A DNA stretch of 64,000 nt from Minisyncoccia bacterium. Its GTDB lineage: Bacteria; Patescibacteriota; Minisyncoccia; Phycocordibacterales; UBA9973. Where the stretch lies: positions 2,232 to 66,231 of the forward strand of contig JBBSBF010000001.1 in assembly GCA_038251535.1 (NCBI GenBank), in the 5' to 3' direction. The notes under the pieces were generated by a model, which saw only the letters and a program-made list of their open reading frames with translations, did not search any database and was not told the DNA's origin. This document shows positions 20,218 to 30,316 of the stretch, piece by piece; positions within the stretch are counted from its first letter, which is position 1; each line of letters starts with the position of its first letter. The translations under genes and the position numbers were made by a program.

Positions 20218-21477
20218 ATGAAAATCAAGACCAAAACCCCTCATGTAGTTGTCGTCGGTGGCGGGTTTGCAGGTATTGAGGTAGTGAAGACACTCCGCGC
20301 AATCGATGCAACTGTTGATATTACACTTGTGACAAAAAGTCGTATTTTTGAATACTATCCCGCGCTGTATAAACTGGTCACCGGAGCTCTCCCAATAGAG
20401 GTCTCAGTACCGGTCGAAAAAATAGTTCCAAAAAACAAGGTACATATTGTCTATGCAACATATACTGCATTGGATCAGGAACGACAAGTTATAACGATCA
20501 ATGATGGAGATGATACAACGAGAGAAGTTGCGTATGACTACCTCGTGCTTGCGCTCGGAAGTGAGACCAACTTTTTCAACATCAAAGGCTTGCCCGAACT
20601 TTCGTACAGTTTCAAATCAGTTACTGCAGCGCTCGCACTGAAGCAGCATTTTTGTGAATTGTTTTCCAAAGCGCATACGATGACCAAAGAAATACTCGTC
20701 TCGATGCTCCACGTCCTTATCGTCGGTGCTGGTCCATCAGGAGTAGAGCTTGCGGGGGATTTGCGAAGTTATCTCAGTCGACTTGCGAGAGAATTTGCAG
20801 TTGATCCGGGGCTCGTCACGATTGATCTGATCGAAGCTGCAGGTAGAGTACTACCGTCTATGCCCGAAAAAGTTTCATTCATTGCAGAAGCACGGTTGCG
20901 AAAAATGGGAGTCAACATTTTTGTCAATCGAGCACTTGCTTCCCAAGAAGTCGAAGAAGTCATACTCAAAGATATGTCGATGAACTCACATACGGTGATA
21001 TGGACTGCCGGGACTCGCATCAACACCGCATATACGGCAATCCCCAATATCCAACTAGACGAACATAAACACGTCATAGTGTCAGAAACACTTTCATTAC
21101 CACACGACAATCATGTGTTTATTGCTGGAGATGGCGCGGCGACGAAGTACGGGGGACTCGCACAATCTGCGATCGAGCACGGGAAATACATCGCGATGAC
21201 GATTGACGCAACGATCAAAAATAAGAAAGTCAAACCCTTTGTACCGATCCGACCAACCTTTGTTATCCCGATCGGAGTCGACTGGGCGATTCTCAACTAC
21301 AACAACTTTGTTATGACAGGATTTATTCCCTGGATACTACGAAGTATGGCTGATTTTCGGTATTTTTTGCATATTGTGCCATTGTCGTACGTGTTTGGGG
21401 TTTTTGAACAAGGAAAAAAATACCGCAAAACACAAGGCGGATGCCCGGTACCTCCCACTGAGAAAACGATTTCATAG
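20218..21477 (+). CDS. NDH-2-like FAD-dependent pyridine nucleotide oxidoreductase
   Basis: VVVGGGFAG, YDYLVLALGS, VGAGPSGVELAG, WTAG, IAGD, AQSA. Confidence 0.88.
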   Translation: MKIKTKTPHVVVVGGGFAGIEVVKTLRAIDATVDITLVTKSRIFEYYPALYKLVTGALPIEVSVPVEKIVPKNKVHIVYATYTALDQERQVITINDGDDTTREVAYDYLVLALGSETNFFNIKGLPELSYSFKSVTAALALKQHFCELFSKAHTMTKEILVSMLHVLIVGAGPSGVELAGDLRSYLSRLAREFAVDPGLVTIDLIEAAGRVLPSMPEKVSFIAEARLRKMGVNIFVNRALASQEVEEVILKDMSMNSHTVIWTAGTRINTAYTAIPNIQLDEHKHVIVSETLSLPHDNHVFIAGDGAATKYGGLAQSAIEHGKYIAMTIDATIKNKKVKPFVPIRPTFVIPIGVDWAILNYNNFVMTGFIPWILRSMADFRYFLHIVPLSYVFGVFEQGKKYRKTQGGCPVPPTEKTIS

Positions 21478-21528
21478 CTATTGACTTAATTTTAAATATA
21501 TGTAGTATTGTAAAAAAATACTACAACC

Positions 21529-22605
21529 ATGAAAGTACAGTTATTTAATAAACCAAAGAAGCAAATACTTTTTGTCCGTTATTTCTTATTATGTTTCTAT
21601 CTACATCAAAAGAAAATAAATACGGAAGGAAAAAAAGCATGGCTACGGGCCATCTTTCTTCAAATCCAATACGGATTGGATATTGTCATTTTTTCATCTA
21701 CCTCCTATATTTCACACAAAACTATAACAAAAGGTAGAAAATGGGAATTTCCGAATGATCTTAATGTAGTTAGTATAGAAAAAAGAAAAGCTAATTATTG
21801 TATGCACTTTTCTTTTAACGAAAATCCGAAAGAGATACTCAATCAAGGAACCGTGTTTTATGTAAAAAAAGGACACTGGTTTATAAAAAGGTTCCCAATC
21901 GAAGAGTTTTTTCGCTCAAACAATATATTTACGTTTGAGACCAGGCCGGTAATTTCAAAAATGAGAGCACTTCCGTTAAGAGGAAGTATTGGTCCAGAAC
22001 AAAAACTAGTTATTGATTATCCAAAGGAAATTGCTGCATTAGAACTTGAGATTAAGAGATTGGAGATTAACAAGGATGAGCGCTTAAAACAATCACCACT
22101 TTCTGATGAAATAGTTGCGTTGAATGATGAGATACAAAAAGCAAAAGAACACCTCTTGTTTTTTGTAAAAAATGGCCATGTTGCATATGAATCAGTCCCT
22201 GCTTTACTTGCGCACTCAAAAATTGAGGATGCTATAGCGCATGAATATGCCAAGAAAATACGCAATCTTGATCTGAGCATTGCTCTAACAGACGCGTCAG
22301 AAATAGTCCCCACTAAGAAGGATCAACTATTTATCACCCAAACAAAAGATTTGGAGGAGCTGGTTAGAAAGAACGATGCTATGCCAGCTATTCACGTTTC
22401 AAAAAAAATAGACACTGATTTCCAGGCTTTATGCAAAAATGCACAGCAGCGCATAGAGAAAAAAGATATGTCATCCGCGAAACTATTGTTTGTTTTTTTG
22501 AAAACCAGGAAAGAAAAAGATTGGGTTTCGTTTAAGGAAAGTGTAATAATTCCCATAAACCACAATTTTTTTCGCCCCCACCGTTATGAGAGGAAAAGTT
22601 CGTAA
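21529..22605 (+). CDS. AT-rich orphan protein with coiled-coil segment
   Basis: 358-aa ORF; TTGACT promoter at 21481; terminator at 22611-22634. Confidence 0.7.
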   Translation: MKVQLFNKPKKQILFVRYFLLCFYLHQKKINTEGKKAWLRAIFLQIQYGLDIVIFSSTSYISHKTITKGRKWEFPNDLNVVSIEKRKANYCMHFSFNENPKEILNQGTVFYVKKGHWFIKRFPIEEFFRSNNIFTFETRPVISKMRALPLRGSIGPEQKLVIDYPKEIAALELEIKRLEINKDERLKQSPLSDEIVALNDEIQKAKEHLLFFVKNGHVAYESVPALLAHSKIEDAIAHEYAKKIRNLDLSIALTDASEIVPTKKDQLFITQTKDLEELVRKNDAMPAIHVSKKIDTDFQALCKNAQQRIEKKDMSSAKLLFVFLKTRKEKDWVSFKESVIIPINHNFFRPHRYERKSS

Positions 22606-22850
22606 CCTAGAGCCGCATTCACTGCGGCTTTTTTATTGTTTAATTTTTCGTAACACCATGGGTATCTTTTTAAAATCATTCATACAATGTTCGCGTAGTC
22701 GACCGTTGTACAGAGCTGCAGCAGGGAACTAACGAAGATGTATCCAATTGAATGCTGCCTTTTTTTCAGTACGGTATATAGCTCAATAAATCGAAGTTTT
22801 CCACAGTCATTATTGTAGACACACAAAAAGTATTTTATAATTTAGTAATA

Positions 22851-25800
22851 ATGAAAAAATTGAAAAGGTACGGTGTACTTTTTATTTTCTTCGCCTCACT
22901 ATCTCTTTGCCATACAAGTTCTGTTTTTGCTGCGACAATTATACAAGATGTCATTACGACAGACACAATGTGGACTAAGGACAATAGCCCCTACGTTATT
23001 TCTGGCATCGTTGACGTAAATCCAGGCGCGACGTTGTCGATACAAGCGGGAACAATTATTAAATTTGAAGATAATGCAACTATTGAAATCTTTGGTGCAA
23101 TGGCCATCATGGGTACTCAGACTGAACCAGTCTACGCTACATCAATCGCTGACGATTCTATTGGTGGAGATACAGACAATAATGGCATAACAGACCCTGC
23201 TAACATTACAAATTCATTTGTTAACTTTGCCTTTTTGTCGCCACAAGGTGTACAGAAAATGGACTATCTACACTTTAAATATGGGCAAGTTTATATTGAT
23301 AGTGGAAATCTAGATATTGCTTACTCACTATTTGAACATAGCGCTATTTCTGCAGATACATCTACTATACATATCAGCGCTACTTCTTTCTTGGATCCAG
23401 ATTTAATAGCTTTAGACGCAAACAATAATACCACGATAGTCGCTGATACAATTACTATACAAAATGGCAAAACTGATGGTGTAAATATATATGATAATAG
23501 TAGTCTTGTAATGAGTAATTCAACTATTGATACACTCTACGGTAGTGCGATTGTTGGATTTAACACATCGGCAATCACCATAAAAAATACAAATATTGAT
23601 TCAGCTGATATAGGTATTGAAATATTTAACCACACCTCTCTTGTTGCCGACAACACAACTATCGCTCATATGCAGTATGCAGGTGTAAGTGTCTATGAGA
23701 CATCAACTGCAAAGATTACAAAGAGTTTAATTACTGATACGTATGATGGTGTAGAAATATTTAACAATTCAATTGTCAATTTAGACCACGATAAAATACA
23801 AGACTCCTTAGATACGGGAATCATCAGTTTTGGCAATTATGGCAGCAATAGTATTGATATATCGAACACTGATATTTCGCAAAACTTTGTTGGTATCTAT
23901 TCCATAAATTTTACCCACATAAATACTTTTATCGATAATAGTATTTATAACAATGTTAATGGAGCTCAAACATTTGAAACAAATACTATCGATATGAAAA
24001 ATAATTGGTGGGGGGGTGTAACAGGACCAACACATCCATCCAATCTTCTCGGCACGGGGGATGTTGTCAGTGATTACATTTTATTTACCCCATGGCTAAC
24101 GATAGACCCTATTAACCCTACAGCCGTTATTCCTTTACAGTATTATGCCAAACTAGATGCTTCAGGCGTTATCAATCTCTATGAATTGCCAGATACAACA
24201 AGTCTGCTTGTGAAGACACTGCCACATGATTGGATTGTCAAAGTGCTTTCTGTTGATCCCGTGATAGCCAATGGGTCACTGTGGTACAAAGTAGAAGATC
24301 CTACAGATGGTAGCCAGATGTGGACAATTGCTGCACCAGCCTCAATCTCTACGCCTATTTATCTTCCGTATAATGAAAATAACCAAGGGGTATACCAGCA
24401 GTCTGGAGTAGATATACTGACAACCAAAGCTTCTCGCGCACAGTCGATCGTAAATGCAATTGATCATTATTATGGCAATACGAGTACTACTCCTTCAATA
24501 GATAGTTCCGATGATCACTCGCTCAAGATTTCAACACTCGTTCAAGCTGGATTTCCCAAAGAATTAATCATGGCAATTGCAGCGCAGGAAAGCGGTGGAA
24601 TTAATTTTAATAATGAGTATGTAAGTTTTGATTACGGGCATGGTGTAATGCAAGTTACACCAGATGCATATAAAAATGAAAAACCGGGTGGAAAATTTAC
24701 TAACAACAAAGAAGATAGTAGAGGCGTACTAAGTGATATACATTTAAAAAAGTGTGATGAAGTAAATTCAGATAATTATAAAAAATGTTATAAAAACACA
24801 GAAAGTTTTAATAATAAATTAAAATCATATGATAATTATCAACACGACCCAGTAAATTTTGTATACAAGCAATATACCAACACTACTCAATCAATCTTTG
24901 CAAATATCAAAGACGGGTTAGGTATTCTCAGCAGCAAATACAGACATGTCTTTGTTCACCCGTGCTCCAGTAGTGTCACTTATGGGGGAGAAGTATTTAG
25001 TTGTACAGATATTGATATGATAAAGGCAGTGTGGGGATACAACGGAGCGGTGACGACGCCGGCAAACAATTATTTGAAATTAATATCCCAAAAGCTCACA
25101 AACCTAAATGCATATTTTGCAAATCACTCATATCCCAACAGCGATCACCTGATCCAAAAGCTTGCGATCGCTAACGACAATAGAATAGAGCTCAAGGCGC
25201 ACAGCCCTATTGCTATTGAGGCGATAGATTCCCAAGGTCGTGTCACGGGATTAAACAATGCCGGTGATATGTTAAGTGATATTCCCAATTCTTATTATGA
25301 TCCTGAAGACGAGACGGCGTTGATCCTTTTCCCAGAGGATACCTATACGTATCAAGTCACTGGTGACGGTACGGGTCCGAGTTATGGATTTGATATTACT
25401 ATAGAGCGTGATAGTGCAAGTCCGCTCGTATTTCAAGCGAGCGACATTCCCATTGCTGAAGGAGAGATACATACGTTTCATATTGATGAAGCAGTGCTTG
25501 CTGCGGGAGGAAATGGCACCACGATCGATATAGACTCCGATGGCGATGGCACTCCCGAAAAGACTATTACTACCGGGGCGTTACTCAACGATACGACGCC
25601 TCCGTTGATCGACGAGACGTTGATCGCCCCAAACTATATCCTTGGCGATAAGATAAATCTCAAAAAAATAATTAGTGATAACCAAACCAAAAAAAAGAAT
25701 ATTGTCCTGTCAGCGACATGGGATATGGTGCCACTTGCCCTGACAAACAATACGATTATCCTCCCTTCAATCGGATCACACTCATTGACAATAACTGCGA

Positions 25801-26201
25801 CAGATCAGGTAGGTAATACAACAACATTAATCAAATCAATTCTGGTCACTTATATATTCAAAGGTTTTAAACCAGTGTCATTTGATACTATTTCCTTCGA
25901 TCAAAACAATAAAGTCCCTATTAGATTTAGCTTGAAATCAAAAAACGGAATAGTCATTCCACTACTTCATCCAACCCTGTCTATCGTTCGATCTGCGGAT
26001 GGGTATCATTTGCCAGTCAACCCTGATACCTTTGACGAAGATCCCAATTGCGATTCTGATGACGATTGTTTCATCAACCATCACAATAGATATAAATATG
26101 TTGTTCCGGGCAATTCGTTTCCGTCTCTTGGACAATGGATAATTACAGTTGGATTAGATGATGGGAAGAGTTATACTGCTACTGTGAATATAATTTCTTA
26201 A
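22851..26201 (+). CDS. Large secreted multidomain protein: beta-helix repeats, SH3-like, lytic-transglycosylase-like and Ig-like domains
   Basis: Signal peptide; WTKDNSPY and parallel beta-helix repeats ending NNWWG; AIAAQES, GHGVMQVT, NIKDG, AVWGYNG match the SLT/lysozyme-like motif order. Confidence 0.75.
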   Translation: MKKLKRYGVLFIFFASLSLCHTSSVFAATIIQDVITTDTMWTKDNSPYVISGIVDVNPGATLSIQAGTIIKFEDNATIEIFGAMAIMGTQTEPVYATSIADDSIGGDTDNNGITDPANITNSFVNFAFLSPQGVQKMDYLHFKYGQVYIDSGNLDIAYSLFEHSAISADTSTIHISATSFLDPDLIALDANNNTTIVADTITIQNGKTDGVNIYDNSSLVMSNSTIDTLYGSAIVGFNTSAITIKNTNIDSADIGIEIFNHTSLVADNTTIAHMQYAGVSVYETSTAKITKSLITDTYDGVEIFNNSIVNLDHDKIQDSLDTGIISFGNYGSNSIDISNTDISQNFVGIYSINFTHINTFIDNSIYNNVNGAQTFETNTIDMKNNWWGGVTGPTHPSNLLGTGDVVSDYILFTPWLTIDPINPTAVIPLQYYAKLDASGVINLYELPDTTSLLVKTLPHDWIVKVLSVDPVIANGSLWYKVEDPTDGSQMWTIAAPASISTPIYLPYNENNQGVYQQSGVDILTTKASRAQSIVNAIDHYYGNTSTTPSIDSSDDHSLKISTLVQAGFPKELIMAIAAQESGGINFNNEYVSFDYGHGVMQVTPDAYKNEKPGGKFTNNKEDSRGVLSDIHLKKCDEVNSDNYKKCYKNTESFNNKLKSYDNYQHDPVNFVYKQYTNTTQSIFANIKDGLGILSSKYRHVFVHPCSSSVTYGGEVFSCTDIDMIKAVWGYNGAVTTPANNYLKLISQKLTNLNAYFANHSYPNSDHLIQKLAIANDNRIELKAHSPIAIEAIDSQGRVTGLNNAGDMLSDIPNSYYDPEDETALILFPEDTYTYQVTGDGTGPSYGFDITIERDSASPLVFQASDIPIAEGEIHTFHIDEAVLAAGGNGTTIDIDSDGDGTPEKTITTGALLNDTTPPLIDETLIAPNYILGDKINLKKIISDNQTKKKNIVLSATWDMVPLALTNNTIILPSIGSHSLTITATDQVGNTTTLIKSILVTYIFKGFKPVSFDTISFDQNNKVPIRFSLKSKNGIVIPLLHPTLSIVRSADGYHLPVNPDTFDEDPNCDSDDDCFINHHNRYKYVVPGNSFPSLGQWIITVGLDDGKSYTATVNIIS

Positions 26202-26204
26202 ATT

Positions 26205-26846
26205 ATGAAACCGAAGTACAAGACAAATTATTACATGTTGCTGTTAGTCACAATAACGGGCGCTATGTTTGTATATTTTATAATGCAAAAGATATATTTT
26301 AATACGCAAAGTAATGATGTTGTCTACGACAACATAAATATTATAAAAACTGTTGTTGTGGGTAGGATTACCAAAGGCAGTGTCGGAAACTTATCATTTT
26401 TCTATCCAAATAATTGGCATTTAACAACTGAAAATAACAGCATTGGACTTAAACCTGAATTTAAAATAAGTAATTTAAATACTGATATTTATAGCTTGGA
26501 TTTTATTGTAACTTACTTGAAAGACGATAATAAAGAAAGATTAACGACATCAGATTGGATTCAAAAAAACACAGACAGTGGAACAGGAGATCAAAAAGGA
26601 AAAGATATTGTAGTTGGAGATATTCGAATGTATCATGAATTTTATAATGACCGAACGAGCGATGAGCTCGGTTATTTTTCTCCAGTTGTACTTACAATAA
26701 CTCATGGAACCGACGTGTATGAAATATTTATGCACGAAATACCCACTGAACTAGACCCTGATCTTTCTCCTACAGATATCCAAGCCGCAAAAGAATATGA
26801 ACAAACAGTTAATCAAATTCTCCAGAGTTTTAAATTTTCTGACTAA
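26205..26846 (+). CDS. Membrane-anchored protein, PsbP/DcrB-like
   Basis: N-terminal TM, SFFYPNNW, C-terminal QILQSFKF. Confidence 0.65.
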   Translation: MKPKYKTNYYMLLLVTITGAMFVYFIMQKIYFNTQSNDVVYDNINIIKTVVVGRITKGSVGNLSFFYPNNWHLTTENNSIGLKPEFKISNLNTDIYSLDFIVTYLKDDNKERLTTSDWIQKNTDSGTGDQKGKDIVVGDIRMYHEFYNDRTSDELGYFSPVVLTITHGTDVYEIFMHEIPTELDPDLSPTDIQAAKEYEQTVNQILQSFKFSD

Positions 26847-27426
26847 CTATCTTTCGCATTTTTTTTAATATGAGTGGGATTTGTTTGAAATCTGAAAGGA
26901 GAGTTGCGCGCATACCGCCGTTGTAGAGTGCAGCAGCAGGATGGTAGAGGGGGAGGAAATGAGTTGTTGGGATATCGGGGAATTTTTTGAGGAGGAGTTT
27001 GCCATGAGCTGTAGAAATCTTTTCGGTCGGGAAGAAATCATTCATTGAGTGCCGTCCCAAAAAAACGATGAGTTCAGGGTTTATAAGTGCGAGTTCGGCA
27101 TGAAGCCACCCCTTACACGCATTCTTTTCTTCATCAGACGGATCTCGGTTGTCAGGCGGTCTGTATTTGACGATATTGGTGATGTACACACTGCCACGTT
27201 TGAGGTTGATTGAGGCGAGCATTTCATCGAGAAACTTACCTGCAGCACCGACAAAAGGTACTCCTGTTTGATCTTCTTTTTTTCCCGGGGCTTCTCCGAT
27301 AAACACAACTGAGGCCGCAGGGTTGCCATTTCCAAATACAGGTTGAGTAGCAGTTTTTTTGAGTTCGCAGGTATTTGTCTGTGCCCAGTGATGGTTGAGT
27401 TCGGTGAGCTCGAGTGTGGTTGCCAT
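26830..27426 (-). CDS. Uracil-DNA glycosylase, family 4
   Basis: FIGEAPGKKED..G.PFVG.AG, YITNIVKYRPP.NRDP, YHPAA. Confidence 0.92.
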   Translation of the reverse strand: MATTLELTELNHHWAQTNTCELKKTATQPVFGNGNPAASVVFIGEAPGKKEDQTGVPFVGAAGKFLDEMLASINLKRGSVYITNIVKYRPPDNRDPSDEEKNACKGWLHAELALINPELIVFLGRHSMNDFFPTEKISTAHGKLLLKKFPDIPTTHFLPLYHPAAALYNGGMRATLLSDFKQIPLILKKMRKIVSQKI

Positions 27427-27465
27427 ATGGTTTGATTATAACTCGGATTTTGCTATAGTAATCGG

Positions 27466-27768
27466 ATGTCTATCAAATCATTTTTAATCAAAAAGACACT
27501 CCAGATGAAAGGCTTGTCCAAAGAACAAGCAGAAAAGATCGCAACTGAACTCGCGGCAAATCCCGAACTCGCCAAAAGCCTCAAATCACTTGAATCCAAC
27601 CCCGAGGTCAAAGAACTCTTTGAAAAGATTCAAAAAGATATCGAGGAAAAGAAAAAAGGTGGCATGGCAGAGATGTACGCGGCAGTAGCAGTGATGGAAA
27701 AATATAAAAGTCAGATTGCTAAATATAAAGATGAACTCGCACCGTTAATGCAATTGATGAGGAAATAA
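27466..27768 (+). CDS. Hypothetical helical protein
   Basis: 100-aa ORF with extended -10 6 nt upstream. Confidence 0.7.
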   Translation: MSIKSFLIKKTLQMKGLSKEQAEKIATELAANPELAKSLKSLESNPEVKELFEKIQKDIEEKKKGGMAEMYAAVAVMEKYKSQIAKYKDELAPLMQLMRK

Positions 27769-27985
27769 AAAAGAAACCCAAGATGTAGATCTCAGGTTTA
27801 AAGCGTCATTGTTGGCTGCAATATTCTGTTTAGTTGTAAGTAAATGCCAATCCGCATCGACACCCCTAGTCTTAAAGTACCTCACTTATTGGAGCAACCA
27901 GGACCAGACCAGATTCCTGTGTATTAAATATAATAATAGGTTTTTTTAATACTAAGTCAATATAGCTACTTTTCATGGACATTAT

Positions 27986-28366
27986 ATGCAACATTATGTT
28001 CGGAATAGAGTATATGGTAGGATAGGAAAAACATTTTCTATGCAAAGTAAAAAAGAGCTCTCTAGGCTTAAAAATCAAAACATCCTTGAATATATTGTAA
28101 AACACGGAGTATGGAGATTGAAAAGAGGAAGAAGGCTTTCAGCTACACTCCCAATGCCATATAATATACTCAATCCGGAAAAGGCATTTAAGGCCGCAAA
28201 AGAAATGCTAGATCATACGAAATCAAATAGAGCAAGAATGAGAATTCGACGCCAAATGTTGCTCACTGGACAAACACCACTTGAAGCAATGCTTGGTGTC
28301 CGCCCTCCAAATGAACCACCATGGCCTGGAGCACGAAGAGTTCCGCATACCACCAATTGGTATTAA
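27986..28366 (+). CDS. AT-rich basic orphan (true start may be 28040)
   Basis: ORF followed by terminator at 28375-28400. Confidence 0.55.
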   Translation: MQHYVRNRVYGRIGKTFSMQSKKELSRLKNQNILEYIVKHGVWRLKRGRRLSATLPMPYNILNPEKAFKAAKEMLDHTKSNRARMRIRRQMLLTGQTPLEAMLGVRPPNEPPWPGARRVPHTTNWY

Positions 28367-28433
28367 TCTACATACAGCCATCCTATAAGATGGCTTTTTT
28401 CTTTTCTTCATATTTCTGCTAGTATAAAGCTCT

Positions 28434-29423
28434 ATGAGTTTAAGTATCGGTATTGTCGGGCTTCCCAATGTGGGCAAAAGTACGCTCTTTAATGCGTTGA
28501 CCAAAAAGAGTGTGCCGGCAGAAAACTATCCCTTTTGTACGATTGATCCATCAGTCGGTATCGTTGCGGTACCCGATGAACGGCTCTGGAAGCTCTCTCA
28601 GTTGTCACACTCAGCATCGACGATCCCTGGCGCGATCGAGTTTGTCGATATCGCAGGACTTGTCGCCGGCGCGTCCAAAGGAGAGGGTTTGGGCAATAAA
28701 TTTCTCACCAACATTCGTGAAGTAGATGCGATTGCACACGTCGTGCGTGTCTTTGCAGACCCTTCAGTTATCCACGTCGCCAACACGATCGATCCGTTGA
28801 ACGACATTGGTGTCATTAATCTTGAGCTTATACTCTCTGATATGGAGATCGTATCCAAGCGCATTGGGACACTCGCAAAGGATGTGAAAAAAGGTGACAA
28901 GGGCGCACTCTCTGAGGAAGCTATTTTGAAAAAGATCGAAACAGTCCTCGAGGCAGGGCAGCTCGCAAAAGATGCGGGTATATCGACAGAGGAGCAACTC
29001 ATCATCAAATCGCTCAATCTCCTCACCCTCAAGCCGATGCTCTATGTGTTAAACACCTCTGAGGCAAATGAAAATGTCGTATTTGAAGTTCCGGGTGCAT
29101 TTGTCAAAATAGATAGCGTATTTGAGACAGGATTTGATGACCTGATAACTGAAAGCTACAAACTCCTCGGACTCGAGACATATTTTACGACAGGGGAAGA
29201 CGAGACGCGTGCGTGGACTATAGCCGTAGGAAGCACAGCCCCGATCGCAGGTACGGCGATCCACACTGATTTTAAAGACAAGTTCATACGCGCCGAAGTG
29301 GTGTACTGGAGCGATCTCCTCGAGGCGGGGAGTTATACAGAGGCAAAGGCAAAAGGAAAAGTACGGACAGAAGGCAAAGACTATATCGTCAAAGATGGAG
29401 ATGTGATTGAATTTAAGATCTAA
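28434..29423 (+). CDS. ychF: Ribosome-binding ATPase YchF
   Basis: GIVGLPNVGKSTLFN, YPFCTIDP, DIAGLV, GEGLGNKFL, EGKDYIVKDGD. Confidence 0.96.
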   Translation: MSLSIGIVGLPNVGKSTLFNALTKKSVPAENYPFCTIDPSVGIVAVPDERLWKLSQLSHSASTIPGAIEFVDIAGLVAGASKGEGLGNKFLTNIREVDAIAHVVRVFADPSVIHVANTIDPLNDIGVINLELILSDMEIVSKRIGTLAKDVKKGDKGALSEEAILKKIETVLEAGQLAKDAGISTEEQLIIKSLNLLTLKPMLYVLNTSEANENVVFEVPGAFVKIDSVFETGFDDLITESYKLLGLETYFTTGEDETRAWTIAVGSTAPIAGTAIHTDFKDKFIRAEVVYWSDLLEAGSYTEAKAKGKVRTEGKDYIVKDGDVIEFKI

Positions 29424-29616
29424 CATACATGTATTGTTGATTTACATTCAATCACGTCGCGTAGTCATAAGCCCAGCAACGAAGCGACGCCGAGTGAATG
29501 TAAAATTTTATGGACATATGCATCAAATTTCACATATGATACAACACCTGTATTGATTGACAAGTATCATAAAAGGTGCTATAATAGAAGAAATTAAACC
29601 ATTAAATTCCTTGAAT

Positions 29617-29730
29617 ATGAAAAAGTTTCTCAAAGCAGTAGTTATTATTATAATAATACTTTTAATTGCATCATTGTTTCAAAATACAGGGCCAAACATG
29701 GAAAATCCTAAAATCCATGTACGACCGTAA
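29617..29730 (+). CDS. 37-aa single-TM small protein
   Basis: Translated by hand MKKFLKAVVIIIIILLIASLFQ...; TTGACA-N17-TATAAT at 29557-29585. Confidence 0.55.
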   Translation: MKKFLKAVVIIIIILLIASLFQNTGPNMENPKIHVRP

Positions 29731-29741
29731 ATTTAAAATAA

Positions 29742-30254
29742 TTATTTCTTCTTTAAGCTCTCAATTTCATTTGAGAGTTTTTTTAATGTCTCCTGTATCG
29801 AGATGAGCATGTCGTGCTCTTTCTTTTCTTGTTGTGCTTCTGTAGTGTCGTCTTCTTCTATTTCTTCGATATCTTCCTGGATCTCATCAACGTCTTCTTG
29901 GATTTCGTCCACATCCTTTTGGATCTCATCAACGTCTTTTTCAATCTCTTCCACGTCTTCTTGGATCTCGCCGACGTCTTCGGCGATCTCTTCTATGTCG
30001 GCCGTGTTTTTGTTCACGGACATTTGGATAAATATAGAGAGATAGATCGCCTCGAGCGATACGATCGTTGTCATGACAAGCAGCATTCGATCAAATGGAA
30101 CCCCAAAAATGGGAAGAGAGAATGCCACAACAAAGAGTATCGTGTGCGTCACGAGTGACGCCGTCGATCCGATCCACTTTGTCGCAATATCTGCCCCACG
30201 TTCCAATTTGATGTTACTTCGTTTTGAGAAAGGCATAGGTATATGTTGTAACAC
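29742..30254 (-). CDS. DUF1003-like membrane protein with acidic heptad coiled coil
   Basis: TKWIGS, LVMTTIVSLEAIYLSIFIQMSVN, then DVDEIQ(K/E) repeats. Confidence 0.8.
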   Translation of the reverse strand: MLQHIPMPFSKRSNIKLERGADIATKWIGSTASLVTHTILFVVAFSLPIFGVPFDRMLLVMTTIVSLEAIYLSIFIQMSVNKNTADIEEIAEDVGEIQEDVEEIEKDVDEIQKDVDEIQEDVDEIQEDIEEIEEDDTTEAQQEKKEHDMLISIQETLKKLSNEIESLKKK

Positions 30255-30316
30255 AAAACCGAAATATAAAAAAATTTGTAATAAAAAAGACCCCTTTTCC
30301 GAGGGGTCTTACTAGA

